Below, in pieces: positions 35,019 through 43,415 of a stretch of 64,000 bases of DNA. Position 1 is the stretch's first letter; each line of letters opens with the position of its first letter. The translations under genes were made by a program, and so were the position numbers. Under the pieces are notes generated by a model. That model was not told the origin of the DNA. It ran no database searches and saw nothing but the letters and a program-made list of their open reading frames with translations. Origin of the DNA: an uncultured Collinsella sp. (GTDB lineage: Bacteria > Actinomycetota > Coriobacteriia > Coriobacteriales > Coriobacteriaceae); contig UREC01000009.1 of NCBI GenBank assembly GCA_900546755.1, forward strand, positions 69-64,068, read 5' to 3'.

Positions 35019-35046
35019 ATGGTACCCCCCCCCCACATTAAAACAA
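35019..35046 (-). promoter_or_regulatory. Second candidate promoter whose 16-nt spacer is mostly a G10 tract (TTGTTT-taatgtGGGGGGGGGG-TACCAT)
   Basis: Read directly from the minus strand of 35019-35046. Hexamer matches are moderate: the -10 matches TATAAT at 4 of 6 positions, including A2 and T6. Confidence 0.3.
35025..35034. repeat. Homopolymeric C10 (G10 on the coding strand of the operon)
   Basis: ggta-cccccccccc-acatta. It is the only long homopolymer I noticed by eye in the window. Confidence 0.95.
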
Positions 35047-35130
35047 ACTGCTGGAAGCGCCATTTATTTCCGACCCCTTTTACTAGAGTTTTTATGACAA
35101 CCTCATGTAGTTCGCAGCCCATAACCCTCT

Positions 35131-35450
35131 GAAAACCGTGTCCCAGAATTCCCGTCCGGAGTGGGATGCGGCTTCCGCTTGTGGCCCCGTTGGGAAGCCG
35201 TATCCCGCTTCGATCACAAATTCCGGGTCGCACTTTCCGCCAAGACCCTCAACCGGAAACTACATCCCATTTCTCGACCGAATGCTGGGATGTAGTTTCC
35301 ACAGAGCCCTTCACCGGGAAACCGCATCCCATTCCAAAGGCAAATTCCGGGACGCAGCTTCCGCAACCCCACCCATCCGGAAATCCCATCCCACTCCGCA
35401 CACATCCGGGCATAGAACAATCAGCTTATTAGGCCTTCCATCAATAAAGG
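35131..35450. repeat. BIME-like repeat array, copy B (collinear with, and in the same orientation as, 25378-25702)
   Basis: Same nine alternating units, for example gggaagccgtatcccgcttc / aaattccgggtcgcactttccg / ccggaaactacatcccatttc. Same tail, aatcagcttattaggccttccatcaataaag. Confidence 0.8.
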
Positions 35451-35467
35451 GGCGCCCTCGTGTCATG

Positions 35468-35496
35468 AAAAAAGCCCCGAGAATCTCGAGGCTTTC
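35468..35496 (-). terminator. Rho-independent terminator of the flavodoxin-like gene
   Basis: Minus strand: gaaagcctcgaga-ttc-tcggggcttt followed by ttttt. Confidence 0.7.
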
Positions 35497-35537
35497 ACGT
35501 TTGTACGATTGAACGCGCGGCACCGCAAGCGGCGAAG

Positions 35538-36095
35538 TTATTCGCCCAAAACGGCCTTTTTTGCGGCTGCAGCCATGTTATCCATATCTTCCTTGGTGGG
35601 ATGGTCCTTCGCGGCAACCCAGTTGTCGAGCAGCATCTTAAATCGGGCGTTTTCGGGATCTTGCTCGAGCATTGCCTCGTAGCGCTGCTTAACCGCGGGA
35701 CCCATCTTGCCCTGGCACATCGCCCAGCCTACAAGCTCGGCATCATTGGCCAAATTGGAGGTCACGCGATCGATAATCTGCTGATAATAGCTCTGGTCGG
35801 CACCAAAGCCGCAGGTGCCAAACAGGAAGACGCGCTTACCGTGCAAGGCGGAGAGCAACGCCGCGACCGAAGGCGTGCACGCGCCCTTGTCGCACCAAAA
35901 ACCGACGAGCACCGTGTCGGCCGCGCAGGCGCCCTGCGCCTCGAGCGCAACCTGATCTGCGTCCGCATCGTCGCTCAACGCCGCGGCGTGGACAAACTCA
36001 ACGCCCGCAGCCTGCAGAGCGCGCTTGATCGCCCCCGTAACCATCCTGGTATTACCGCTCTTGCTGTTGACCACCATAGAGCATGTCATAGTCAC
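35538..36095 (-). CDS. Flavodoxin-family protein
   Basis: 'VVNSKSGNTRMV' FMN-binding loop and 'FLFGTCGFG'. The start is ambiguous between the GTG at 36095 and two downstream ATGs. Confidence 0.8.
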   Translation of the reverse strand: MTMTCSMVVNSKSGNTRMVTGAIKRALQAAGVEFVHAAALSDDADADQVALEAQGACAADTVLVGFWCDKGACTPSVAALLSALHGKRVFLFGTCGFGADQSYYQQIIDRVTSNLANDAELVGWAMCQGKMGPAVKQRYEAMLEQDPENARFKMLLDNWVAAKDHPTKEDMDNMAAAAKKAVLGE

Positions 36096-36200
36096 GTTGC
36101 CTCGTTTCCCCCGAAACTCGAGCCATTAATGCAATTTGTTAGAAGCATATCTTAGTACTAACGGCGCAGATGTAAACCATCTGCCGCTAATCGGTATTCC

Positions 36201-38060
36201 CTACTGGGCGAATTGGCTGCGGTAGAGCTCGGCATAGAAGCCGCCTGCCGCTAGCAGCTCGTCGTGCGTGCCGCGCTCGATAATCTCGCCGTCGCGCATC
36301 ACCAGAATGCAGTCGGCGTTGCGGATGGTGCTCAGGCGGTGCGCCACGACAAAGCTTGTGCGACCTGCCATGAGCTCGTCGAATGCCGCCTGAACCTGCA
36401 GCTCGGTGCGGGTATCGATGCTCGAGGTCGCCTCGTCCAGCAGCAAGATCGCCGGGTCGGTGAGCATGACGCGCGCGATGCACAGCAGTTGTTTTTGACC
36501 CTGGCTAAACGTGCCGCCGTCCTCGCCGATTACCGTATCGTAGCCGCCTGGCAGCTGCACGATAAACTTGTGCGCATGCGCGCGCTTGGCAGCCTCGATA
36601 ACCTGCTCGCGCGTGGCATCCGGGCAACCGTAGGCAATGTTTTCGGCCACCGTGCCCTCGAACAGCCAGGTGTCCTGCAGCACCATGCCAAAGGCGCGGC
36701 GCAGGCTTGCGCGCGTGTAGTCACGCGAAGACCGGCCATCGACCGCAATGCGACCGGCATCGATATCGTAAAAGCGCAGCAGCAAATTGATGAGCGTCGT
36801 CTTGCCGCAGCCCGTGGGACCAACGAGGGCAAAGCGCATGCCGGGCTTGGCCTCGATGCAAATGTCCTGCAGCAGCTTGCGGTCGTGAACGTAGCTAAAG
36901 TCCACATGTTCAAAGGCGACCTCGCCCTTCGGGGCGGCAAGCTCCGCGGCATCCGTCGCATCGGGCTCCTGCTCGCGCGCATCGAGCAGCGCAAACATGC
37001 GGCGCGCCGAGGCGTACGCGGTCTGGATCTGCGTAATGACGTTGGTGACCTCGTTGAACGGCTTGGTGTACTGGTTGGCATAGGACAGGAAAATCTGCAC
37101 GCCGCCCACCGTAAGCGCCGCGGGCACGCCCGTGATCACGCCCACGCAGCCGATCACAGCGACCACGGCATAGATGATGTTATTGATAAAGCGCGTGCCG
37201 GGGTTGGAGAGCGAACCCATAAACTGCGCACGCTCGCCCGCGGTGTAGAGCTCGGCGTTGAGGACATCAAAGCGCAGCTGCGCGTTGGGGCCATAGGCAA
37301 ACGCGTCCACGAGCTTCTGCTCGCCCACATACTCCTCGATATGACCGCCCAGTTGACCCTGAATACGCTGCTGTGCCGTAAAGCTTTTGTTGGAAAGCTT
37401 GGCAATAGCACCGGCTGCAAAAATGGAAAGCGGCGTGACGAGTACCACCACGAGCGTCATGGTCAGGTTAATGGAGAGCATAAACGCGAGCGTGCCCACG
37501 ATGGTAATAACACCGGTGAAGAGCTGCGTGAAGCCCTGCAGCAGGCCGTCACCCACCTGGTCGACGTCGTTGACCACGCGGCTCATGAGGTCGCCGTGGG
37601 CATGGCCGTCGATAAAGCTGAGCGGCATGCGGCTGAGCTTGTCGCTCGCCTCCACGCGCATGTCGCGCACCGTCTCGTAGGACAGACGGTTAACGCAGTA
37701 GCCCTGCAGCCACTGGAAGGCCGCAGCACCTACGACGACAATCGCGAGCTTGGTGACAAGCGGCAGCAGCGCATCGAAGTCCACCTGTCCGGCGGCGACG
37801 ATAAGGTCGATGCCCTCGCCAATGAGGATGGGCGTATAGAGTTGCAAGATCACCGAGATTGCGGCGCTCACAAACGATGCCGTAAACGAGACGCGGTGCG
37901 GGCGAACATAGCCCAGCAGGCGGCGGGTCACCGCACCCACGGGATAGCGCTCGGGGTCGCCAGGCTGGCGCGGGCCGTCGCCCAGGTCGTTGAGGCTATC
38001 GTTACCGGACACGTTGGCCGTCATCGTGGCGACCGAACCGGAGGAAGTGTACGGATTCAT
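36201..38060 (-). CDS. ABC transporter ATP-binding protein/permease (type I exporter half-transporter)
   Basis: Six-TM domain followed by Walker A 'GPTGCGKTT', signature 'FSQGQKQLL' and Walker B 'ILLLDEATS'. Confidence 0.95.
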   Translation of the reverse strand: MNPYTSSGSVATMTANVSGNDSLNDLGDGPRQPGDPERYPVGAVTRRLLGYVRPHRVSFTASFVSAAISVILQLYTPILIGEGIDLIVAAGQVDFDALLPLVTKLAIVVVGAAAFQWLQGYCVNRLSYETVRDMRVEASDKLSRMPLSFIDGHAHGDLMSRVVNDVDQVGDGLLQGFTQLFTGVITIVGTLAFMLSINLTMTLVVVLVTPLSIFAAGAIAKLSNKSFTAQQRIQGQLGGHIEEYVGEQKLVDAFAYGPNAQLRFDVLNAELYTAGERAQFMGSLSNPGTRFINNIIYAVVAVIGCVGVITGVPAALTVGGVQIFLSYANQYTKPFNEVTNVITQIQTAYASARRMFALLDAREQEPDATDAAELAAPKGEVAFEHVDFSYVHDRKLLQDICIEAKPGMRFALVGPTGCGKTTLINLLLRFYDIDAGRIAVDGRSSRDYTRASLRRAFGMVLQDTWLFEGTVAENIAYGCPDATREQVIEAAKRAHAHKFIVQLPGGYDTVIGEDGGTFSQGQKQLLCIARVMLTDPAILLLDEATSSIDTRTELQVQAAFDELMAGRTSFVVAHRLSTIRNADCILVMRDGEIIERGTHDELLAAGGFYAELYRSQFAQ

Positions 38061-39905
38061 TTAGCAGCCCTCCTTTGAGCAAGTAGGCGCAGGGGCAGTC
38101 GGGGCGGACGCGGGCACCGTGCTCCCCTGCTGGCCCTCGAGCTCCTCGCGGCGCAGCTGCGACTGGCAAATCTCGCGATAGAGCTGGCAGGTCGCGTACA
38201 GCTCATCGTGCGTGCCCAGGCCCGCAACCGAGCCGTGATCGAGCACGCAGATCATGTCGGCGTCGCGCACGGTCGAGACGCGCTGGCTTACGATGACGGT
38301 CGTGAGCGGCAGCCCGCCCTCGGCGGCACCGCGCACGCTGCGCTCGCGAATGGCATGGCGAAGCGCCGCGTCGGTCTTAAAGTCGAGCGCCGAGGCGGAG
38401 TCGTCCATGATCAGGACCTGTGGCGAGCCCACCAGGGCACGCGCGATGGTCAGGCGCTGGCGCTGGCCACCGCTGAAGTTCTTGCCGCCCGCCTCGACCG
38501 GGGCGTTGAGCCCCTGCGGCTTGTTGCGCACGAACTCGCTCGCTTGCGCCATATCGAGCGCTGCCCAGAGCTCCTCGTCGATCGCCGCCTCGTCACGCCA
38601 GGTCAGGTTGCTGCGGATGGTGCCGCTCACCAGCGACGCTCGCTGCGGAACGGTCGCGACCACGTGGCGCAGCTGATCGAGCGGCCAGGTGCGCACGTCG
38701 GCGCCCATCACGCACACGCTGCCGGCGCTCGCATCGTACAGGCGCGAGATAAGCGAGACGAGTGTGGACTTGCCGCTACCAGTGCCGCCGATAATGCCAA
38801 GCGTTTTGCCCAGCGGCAGCTCCAAGGTCACATCGCTCACGGCATTTGCCGCGCCCGCGCCAAACGAAAAGCTCGCATGGCTCAAGCTCAGCGCAGGAAC
38901 TGGAGTGACATTGCCCGGCTCGGGCAGCGCAACCGACTGATTGCCCTCGTCGGTGATGCTCGGCTCGCAGTTGAGCACCTCATTGATGCGCGACGCGCTG
39001 GCGCTCGCCTTGGTAAAGACAACGACCAGGTTGGCCACGTAGACGATGGAGGTGAGGGTCTGCGTCATGTAGTTCACAAACGCCATGACCTGGCCCTGCG
39101 TAAGCTCACCCACGTTGACCTGGATGCCGCCCACCCACAGGATGGCGCACACGCCCAGGTTCATCACCAAAAACGTTACGGGGTTAAGGATTGACGAGAG
39201 CTTGCCCACCGCGATGGCAGTATGGGCCTGATCGTCGGCGGCTTGGGCAAAACGCTCGCGCTCGTGGTCCTCGCGCACAAAGGCGCGAACCACGCGGGCG
39301 CCCGAAAGGCCCTCACGGCAAATGAGCGCGATGCGGTCGAGCTTTGCCTGCAACTGCCTGTAATACGGGATGCAGCGCGCCATGACAAACCAAAATACCA
39401 GGCCGATGGCGGGCGTGCAAATCAAGAAGATGATGCCGAGCTTAAGGTCGATGGCAAGGGCCGCGACCATGGAACCCACGGCCAAGAAGGGCCAGCGGAT
39501 GAGCATGCGCACGCCCAGCGCCACGGCAAGCTGCACCTGGTTGACGTCGTTGGTGATACGCGTGATGAGCGACGGCGTGCCAAAGCGGTCGAGCTCGGCA
39601 TAGCTCAGTCGGTTGATATGCTCGTAGAGTGCGCCGCGGATGTCGGTACCCATGCCCTGCGAGGTGAGCGCCGCCATCTTTTGGCAAACGAGCGTAAACG
39701 AGATGCCGATCACAGCCATGGCGGCGAGCACCACGCCGTAACGGACGACGGCGTTGACATCGTGCGCGCCGATGCCCTTATCGATCATCTGGGCAATCAC
39801 CAGCGGCGTAAGCAGGTCAAAGATCACTTCGATCAGCTTGCACGCAGGGCCAATCACCATATACCGGCGAAACTTACCACCAAAACGCCTGAGCAGCTCA
39901 ATCAT
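38061..39905 (-). CDS. ABC transporter ATP-binding protein/permease (partner half-transporter)
   Basis: 'GGTGSGKST', 'FSGGQRQRL', 'VLIMDDSAS'. Its stop abuts the start of the downstream partner. ATG at 39903-39905 after AGGGAG. Confidence 0.95.
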   Translation of the reverse strand: MIELLRRFGGKFRRYMVIGPACKLIEVIFDLLTPLVIAQMIDKGIGAHDVNAVVRYGVVLAAMAVIGISFTLVCQKMAALTSQGMGTDIRGALYEHINRLSYAELDRFGTPSLITRITNDVNQVQLAVALGVRMLIRWPFLAVGSMVAALAIDLKLGIIFLICTPAIGLVFWFVMARCIPYYRQLQAKLDRIALICREGLSGARVVRAFVREDHERERFAQAADDQAHTAIAVGKLSSILNPVTFLVMNLGVCAILWVGGIQVNVGELTQGQVMAFVNYMTQTLTSIVYVANLVVVFTKASASASRINEVLNCEPSITDEGNQSVALPEPGNVTPVPALSLSHASFSFGAGAANAVSDVTLELPLGKTLGIIGGTGSGKSTLVSLISRLYDASAGSVCVMGADVRTWPLDQLRHVVATVPQRASLVSGTIRSNLTWRDEAAIDEELWAALDMAQASEFVRNKPQGLNAPVEAGGKNFSGGQRQRLTIARALVGSPQVLIMDDSASALDFKTDAALRHAIRERSVRGAAEGGLPLTTVIVSQRVSTVRDADMICVLDHGSVAGLGTHDELYATCQLYREICQSQLRREELEGQQGSTVPASAPTAPAPTCSKEGC

Positions 39906-40092
39906 AAAAAGGCGCTCCCTATCATCATCTCTCTTCAATCTGATTCATGATAGTACGGCGAACCCTGAAGATGCGTAAGCAACTCGTTACAGATGTAAGG
40001 GCAACGGCCGCTAGCGCCCAAGGCACGTAGCAGCCGATGTTTTGGCAACGCCAGCGAGCGACATAACGCCAGGGATTCAATTATCAGATAAA

Positions 40093-40295
40093 TGTGACCC
40101 TGCCGGCACTCGCGGGTAGCCGCGGCACGAAAAAGCGCCTGCGCACTCGATGGATTCGGATGCCCGACAGAGGCTCCTTATGGCTGCTTCCTTCCGGACC
40201 TGACCAGATTCGGAACATGTCGTCATCCGAACCCATCGAACGCGCTAGGCGCTCGATATATCTTACCTGCTCCCGCCCGATGGGGCAAGACAGCT
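40093..40295 (-). ncRNA. ffs: Signal recognition particle RNA (ffs; long Gram-positive-like form, ends approximate)
   Basis: The minus strand contains ctggtcaggtccggaaggaagcagccataagg, the conserved SRP domain-IV motif. It is flanked by long complementary arms: tcgatgggttcggatg / catccgaatccatcga, and gcgcctagcgc / gcgcaggcgc. Confidence 0.8.
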
Positions 40296-40297
40296 AA

Positions 40298-40377
40298 TTT
40301 GGGACGGGGCTTTTTTGACTACTTTTTGACTGGGGACATCAGGGTGACGAAAGTAGCCAAGAAAGCCCCGTCCCAAA
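40298..40377. repeat. 16-bp perfect inverted repeat (tttgggacggggcttt / aaagccccgtcccaaa) with a 48-nt loop
   Basis: Read directly from the sequence. The left arm resembles agctaatttgggacgaggctatttt at 52766-52790. Confidence 0.7.
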
Positions 40378-40607
40378 AAGACTGATCTGGTGCTGCGCCA
40401 CGAAAAGGCCCCATCTACTACGTTTTGGTCGCAGGGGTCGACCATAGCCGACTTTTTCGGAAATCGGCAAGCTCTCTACCTGCGGTTTCATTTTTGCAAA
40501 TTCCGAGATAGTCGAGGGTGGTCGGTTAAACGTAGTAGATAGCCGTGTTTCGTGGCAAACGGTCCGACTCGAAACCCATGTCGACCAGCCTCGGATGACC
40601 ATTCACG

Positions 40608-40676
40608 AAGTTACGGTGGAATACGGACTGAATTGGCACCTTAAAGGCAAAAACACTCCGTATTTCACCGCAACTT
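40608..40676. repeat. Long REP-like hairpin, family 'agttRcggtggaata...tatttcaccgcaact' (copy 2)
   Basis: aagttacggtggaatacgga ... tccgtatttcaccgcaactt, 17 nt downstream of the tadA-glxK stop. Confidence 0.6.
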
Positions 40677-40692
40677 ATCGAGGGGATGGGTT

Positions 40693-42474
40693 TTAGAGGC
40701 GGGCGAGGTCGTAGGATCGAGCGGCAGACTCGCCGGCGCAGATAAGGTTGGTTATGGCTTCTTGGGGATCGAGCGCCAGCTCAAGGCCCATGGGCTTGCG
40801 GCAGATCGTCAAAACCAGGTCGACGCCCTGCTCATACACCGCATCCAGGTTGTCAGCGCGACCGCCCACGACGGCGACCACCGGCTTGCCATAGCGCTTG
40901 GCACGGCGGGCCACACCCACCGGCGCTTTGCCGGCGGCGGATTGCTCGTCCATATTGCCCTCGCCCGTTATGACCAGATCGACATCCCGCACGCGCTCGT
41001 CAAACCCAATCAGATCAAGCACCGTCTCCACGCCCGAATGTAGCTCTGCACCGAGCGCTAGCAGCGCGGCGCCCAGACCGCCAGCGGCACCGGCGCCGGG
41101 CACGCCGAGCACCGAGCCAAACGTCCGCGCACCCTCGGACACGCGCAGCAATCCCTGAGCCCGTACCTCGGCAATCGCCGTATCGAGCAGGCGGCCGTAG
41201 CCGACCATCCAGCCGTCGCACCCGCCCAGCGCTTCGACATCGTCTGTCGGCAGGCCCTTTTGCCCGCCAAACACCGCAAGTGCCCCGCGACGCCCCACGA
41301 GCGGGTTTTCGACATCGGAAAGCACCACGACACGCGCGCCATCCAAAGCCTGCAGCGCTGGCGCCAAATCAACGCTCGCCACCTGCTCAAGGCCCGCAAG
41401 ACCGGGAGCGATATTGCAGCCACGGTCATCGACAAGACGCGCGCCCAGCGCTTGCAGCATGCCGGCGCCACCGTCGTTGGTGGCGCTGCCGCCCAGTCCC
41501 ATATATAGGGTCCTCGCCCCCGCGCGAACCGCACGAAGCATCAGCTCGCCCACGCCATAGGTCGTCGCGGCCAACGCCGCCGACTCCGTGCACGGCGAGT
41601 ACCCGATGCCCGCGGCTTCGGCCATCTCAATGACAGCCGACTCGTGCTCGCCGTCCACCAGCATCCGGGCAGCCACGCGCTTGCCCAAGGGACCCGCCAC
41701 CTCGCAGGTCACAATCTCACCGCCGCACGCGGCAACGGCATCGAGCGTTCCCTCACCGCCATCCGCCAGCGGCAGCGCGCTTACTTGGGCATCGGGCCAC
41801 ACGCGGCGCACGCCCCCGGCAACTGCCGCCTCCGCCTGCGCGCTCGACACGCTGCCCTTAAAGGAGTCAATCGCCAGCAGCACACGGCGGGGCCGGCGGC
41901 ACGCAGGACCAAAGTCAACTGCCGCGCCAGCATCCTCACCGGCACCTGCAAGCGCTGCGGCGTGAGCGGCGTGTGCTTCAAGATCGGCCCCACAACCGCA
42001 ATCAGCGCCGCCCGCTCCGCGCAGACCGCCAAAATAGCTACTCAGCAGCTCGCGGCATTCATCCGCCAAGACCCCAGCCGTCACATTAAACCGATGATTC
42101 AGGCGCGAATCGGCATTGAGGTCGTATAGCGACCCCAGGGCGCCCGCCTTAGCATCGGCCGCGCCGTACACGCAGCGCCCCACGCGCGCATTAACCATAA
42201 GCCCCGCGCACATGCAGCAGGGCTCGAGCGTCACGTAGACCGTACAATCGGAAAGGCGCCAACGACCGAGCGACTGAGCGGCGGCGCATAGGGCCGCAAA
42301 CTCGGCATGCGCCGAAGGATCCTGGTCGAGCTCGCGGCGATTATGCGCCCGCGCGACAATCTCACCCGCGCGCACCACTACGGCACCGATCGGCACCTCG
42401 CCCACCGCCGCGGCGGCACGCGCCTCCGACAGCGCCTCACGCATGAACTTCTCATCGATTCCGGTGCTCGTCAT
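40693..42474 (-). CDS. tadA: Fusion ORF: tRNA adenosine(34) deaminase TadA (N-terminal) + glycerate kinase (C-terminal)
   Basis: N-terminal part: 'HAEFAALCAA' (HAE) and 'LEPCCMCAG' (PCxxC) zinc motifs. After an Ala/Gly-rich linker of about 50 aa: 'LLAIDSFKGSVSS...LPLADGGEGTLDAV', the glycerate kinase N-terminus, through to the family C-terminus. There is no in-frame stop between the two parts. ATG at 42472-42474 after GGGGAGG. Confidence 0.8.
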   Translation of the reverse strand: MTSTGIDEKFMREALSEARAAAAVGEVPIGAVVVRAGEIVARAHNRRELDQDPSAHAEFAALCAAAQSLGRWRLSDCTVYVTLEPCCMCAGLMVNARVGRCVYGAADAKAGALGSLYDLNADSRLNHRFNVTAGVLADECRELLSSYFGGLRGAGGADCGCGADLEAHAAHAAALAGAGEDAGAAVDFGPACRRPRRVLLAIDSFKGSVSSAQAEAAVAGGVRRVWPDAQVSALPLADGGEGTLDAVAACGGEIVTCEVAGPLGKRVAARMLVDGEHESAVIEMAEAAGIGYSPCTESAALAATTYGVGELMLRAVRAGARTLYMGLGGSATNDGGAGMLQALGARLVDDRGCNIAPGLAGLEQVASVDLAPALQALDGARVVVLSDVENPLVGRRGALAVFGGQKGLPTDDVEALGGCDGWMVGYGRLLDTAIAEVRAQGLLRVSEGARTFGSVLGVPGAGAAGGLGAALLALGAELHSGVETVLDLIGFDERVRDVDLVITGEGNMDEQSAAGKAPVGVARRAKRYGKPVVAVVGGRADNLDAVYEQGVDLVLTICRKPMGLELALDPQEAITNLICAGESAARSYDLARL

Positions 42475-42525
42475 CGTTCGCCTCCCCTGTTGCAAATCCA
42501 AAACGATGCTATCATTACGACTCAC

Positions 42526-42615
42526 GGAGAGATGGCAGAGCGGTTGAATGCGGCGGTCTTGAAAACCGTTGAGCGCGAGAGCGTTCCGGGGGTTCGAATC
42601 CCCCTCTCTCCGCCA
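42526..42615 (+). tRNA. tRNA-Ser (anticodon UGA), CCA encoded
   Basis: Acceptor ggagaga/tctctcc, anticodon stem-loop gcggt-cttgaaa-accgt, long variable arm, T-arm cgggggttcgaatccccc, discriminator g plus cca. Confidence 0.95.
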
Positions 42616-42618
42616 CTC

Positions 42619-43203
42619 TTAGTGACTCACCGGCGTCATGGTCCGCTCGAACAGCGCATCGACCACGTCGGCGATTTCGGATCGGCGCTCCAGTACGTGG
42701 CCCGATTCCCACCACATGGTGAAGAGCCGAATAATGCCGCCGGCGACAAACTCAGACGTCGTCTCGAGCGATACGGGCGCAAGCGCATCCTCGTCAAGCG
42801 CGCTCATCACGCGCCCGCGTATGGAGCGCGCGATGCGGTCGCAAATCATGCTGGTCAGCATGCCCGACATACTGCTCGCCAAAATGTTATCCATGAGCTG
42901 CTCATGCGCCAGAATCAGATCCATGGCATCGGCGAACACTTCGTGGCGAAGCGCGCGCACGTCCTCGGCGCCCTCCGCGCCATCCGCATCGGCCCGCTTT
43001 TGCGGCAGACCCGACATGAGTTCATCGATATAGAAGGCAAAGTAATCGTTTTTGTCGCGGAAGTGCTTGTAGAACGTCGTCCGACGAATCATAGCGCGGT
43101 CGCACAGCATGGCAACCGTCACGTCCTCAAACCGATGCTCTTCGAGCAGCTCAGTAAAGGCCTCGAACAGGGCCCGATAGGTTTTCTTGATGCGAAGGTC
43201 CAT
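42619..43203 (-). CDS. TetR/AcrR-family transcriptional regulator
   Basis: 'IKKTYRALFEAFTELLEEHRFEDVTVAMLCDRAMIRRTTFYKHFRDKNDY' HTH. ATG at 43201-43203. Confidence 0.9.
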   Translation of the reverse strand: MDLRIKKTYRALFEAFTELLEEHRFEDVTVAMLCDRAMIRRTTFYKHFRDKNDYFAFYIDELMSGLPQKRADADGAEGAEDVRALRHEVFADAMDLILAHEQLMDNILASSMSGMLTSMICDRIARSIRGRVMSALDEDALAPVSLETTSEFVAGGIIRLFTMWWESGHVLERRSEIADVVDALFERTMTPVSH

Positions 43204-43415
43204 ACGTATCGCCCTCCTCAAGGAAAAGACATCGCTCACTAATCTGTCGCATATCTTACACCTGTATCGCCCACCCCCTGGCGAACGGCCTCACCTTGGT
43301 GGAAACATAACGCTTACCGGAAAGTTCGGTATCGCCAAGGGTTGCGGGTATACTAGTAGCGTTACACCAACGGCAGCCGGCGGAAGACGCCGCGGCCATT
43401 CGAAACGGAGACACC

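Noticed and set aside
25851-35130. The island as a prophage, ICE or transposon
   Set aside because: It contains no integrase, transposase, recombinase, relaxase or phage structural genes. The tRNA gene in the window (42526-42615) is not adjacent. Only the flanking repeat arrays and the lower G+C suggest mobility.
34917-35132. 71-aa plus-strand ORF in the AT-rich region upstream of sipW (a possible small regulator such as SinI/SinR)
   Set aside because: It has no RBS, is odd in composition and rich in Phe/Pro/Cys, shows no HTH, and overlaps the poly-C tract and the candidate promoters. I treat it as non-coding leader DNA.
35166-35432. Small ORFs across the repeat arrays (for example 35166-35432 +, 25365-25547 +, 25361-25657 -)
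   Set aside because: They are open on several frames and both strands only because of the repeat composition. They have no RBS and proline/serine-rich nonsense sequence, and they are not conserved between the two copies at protein level.
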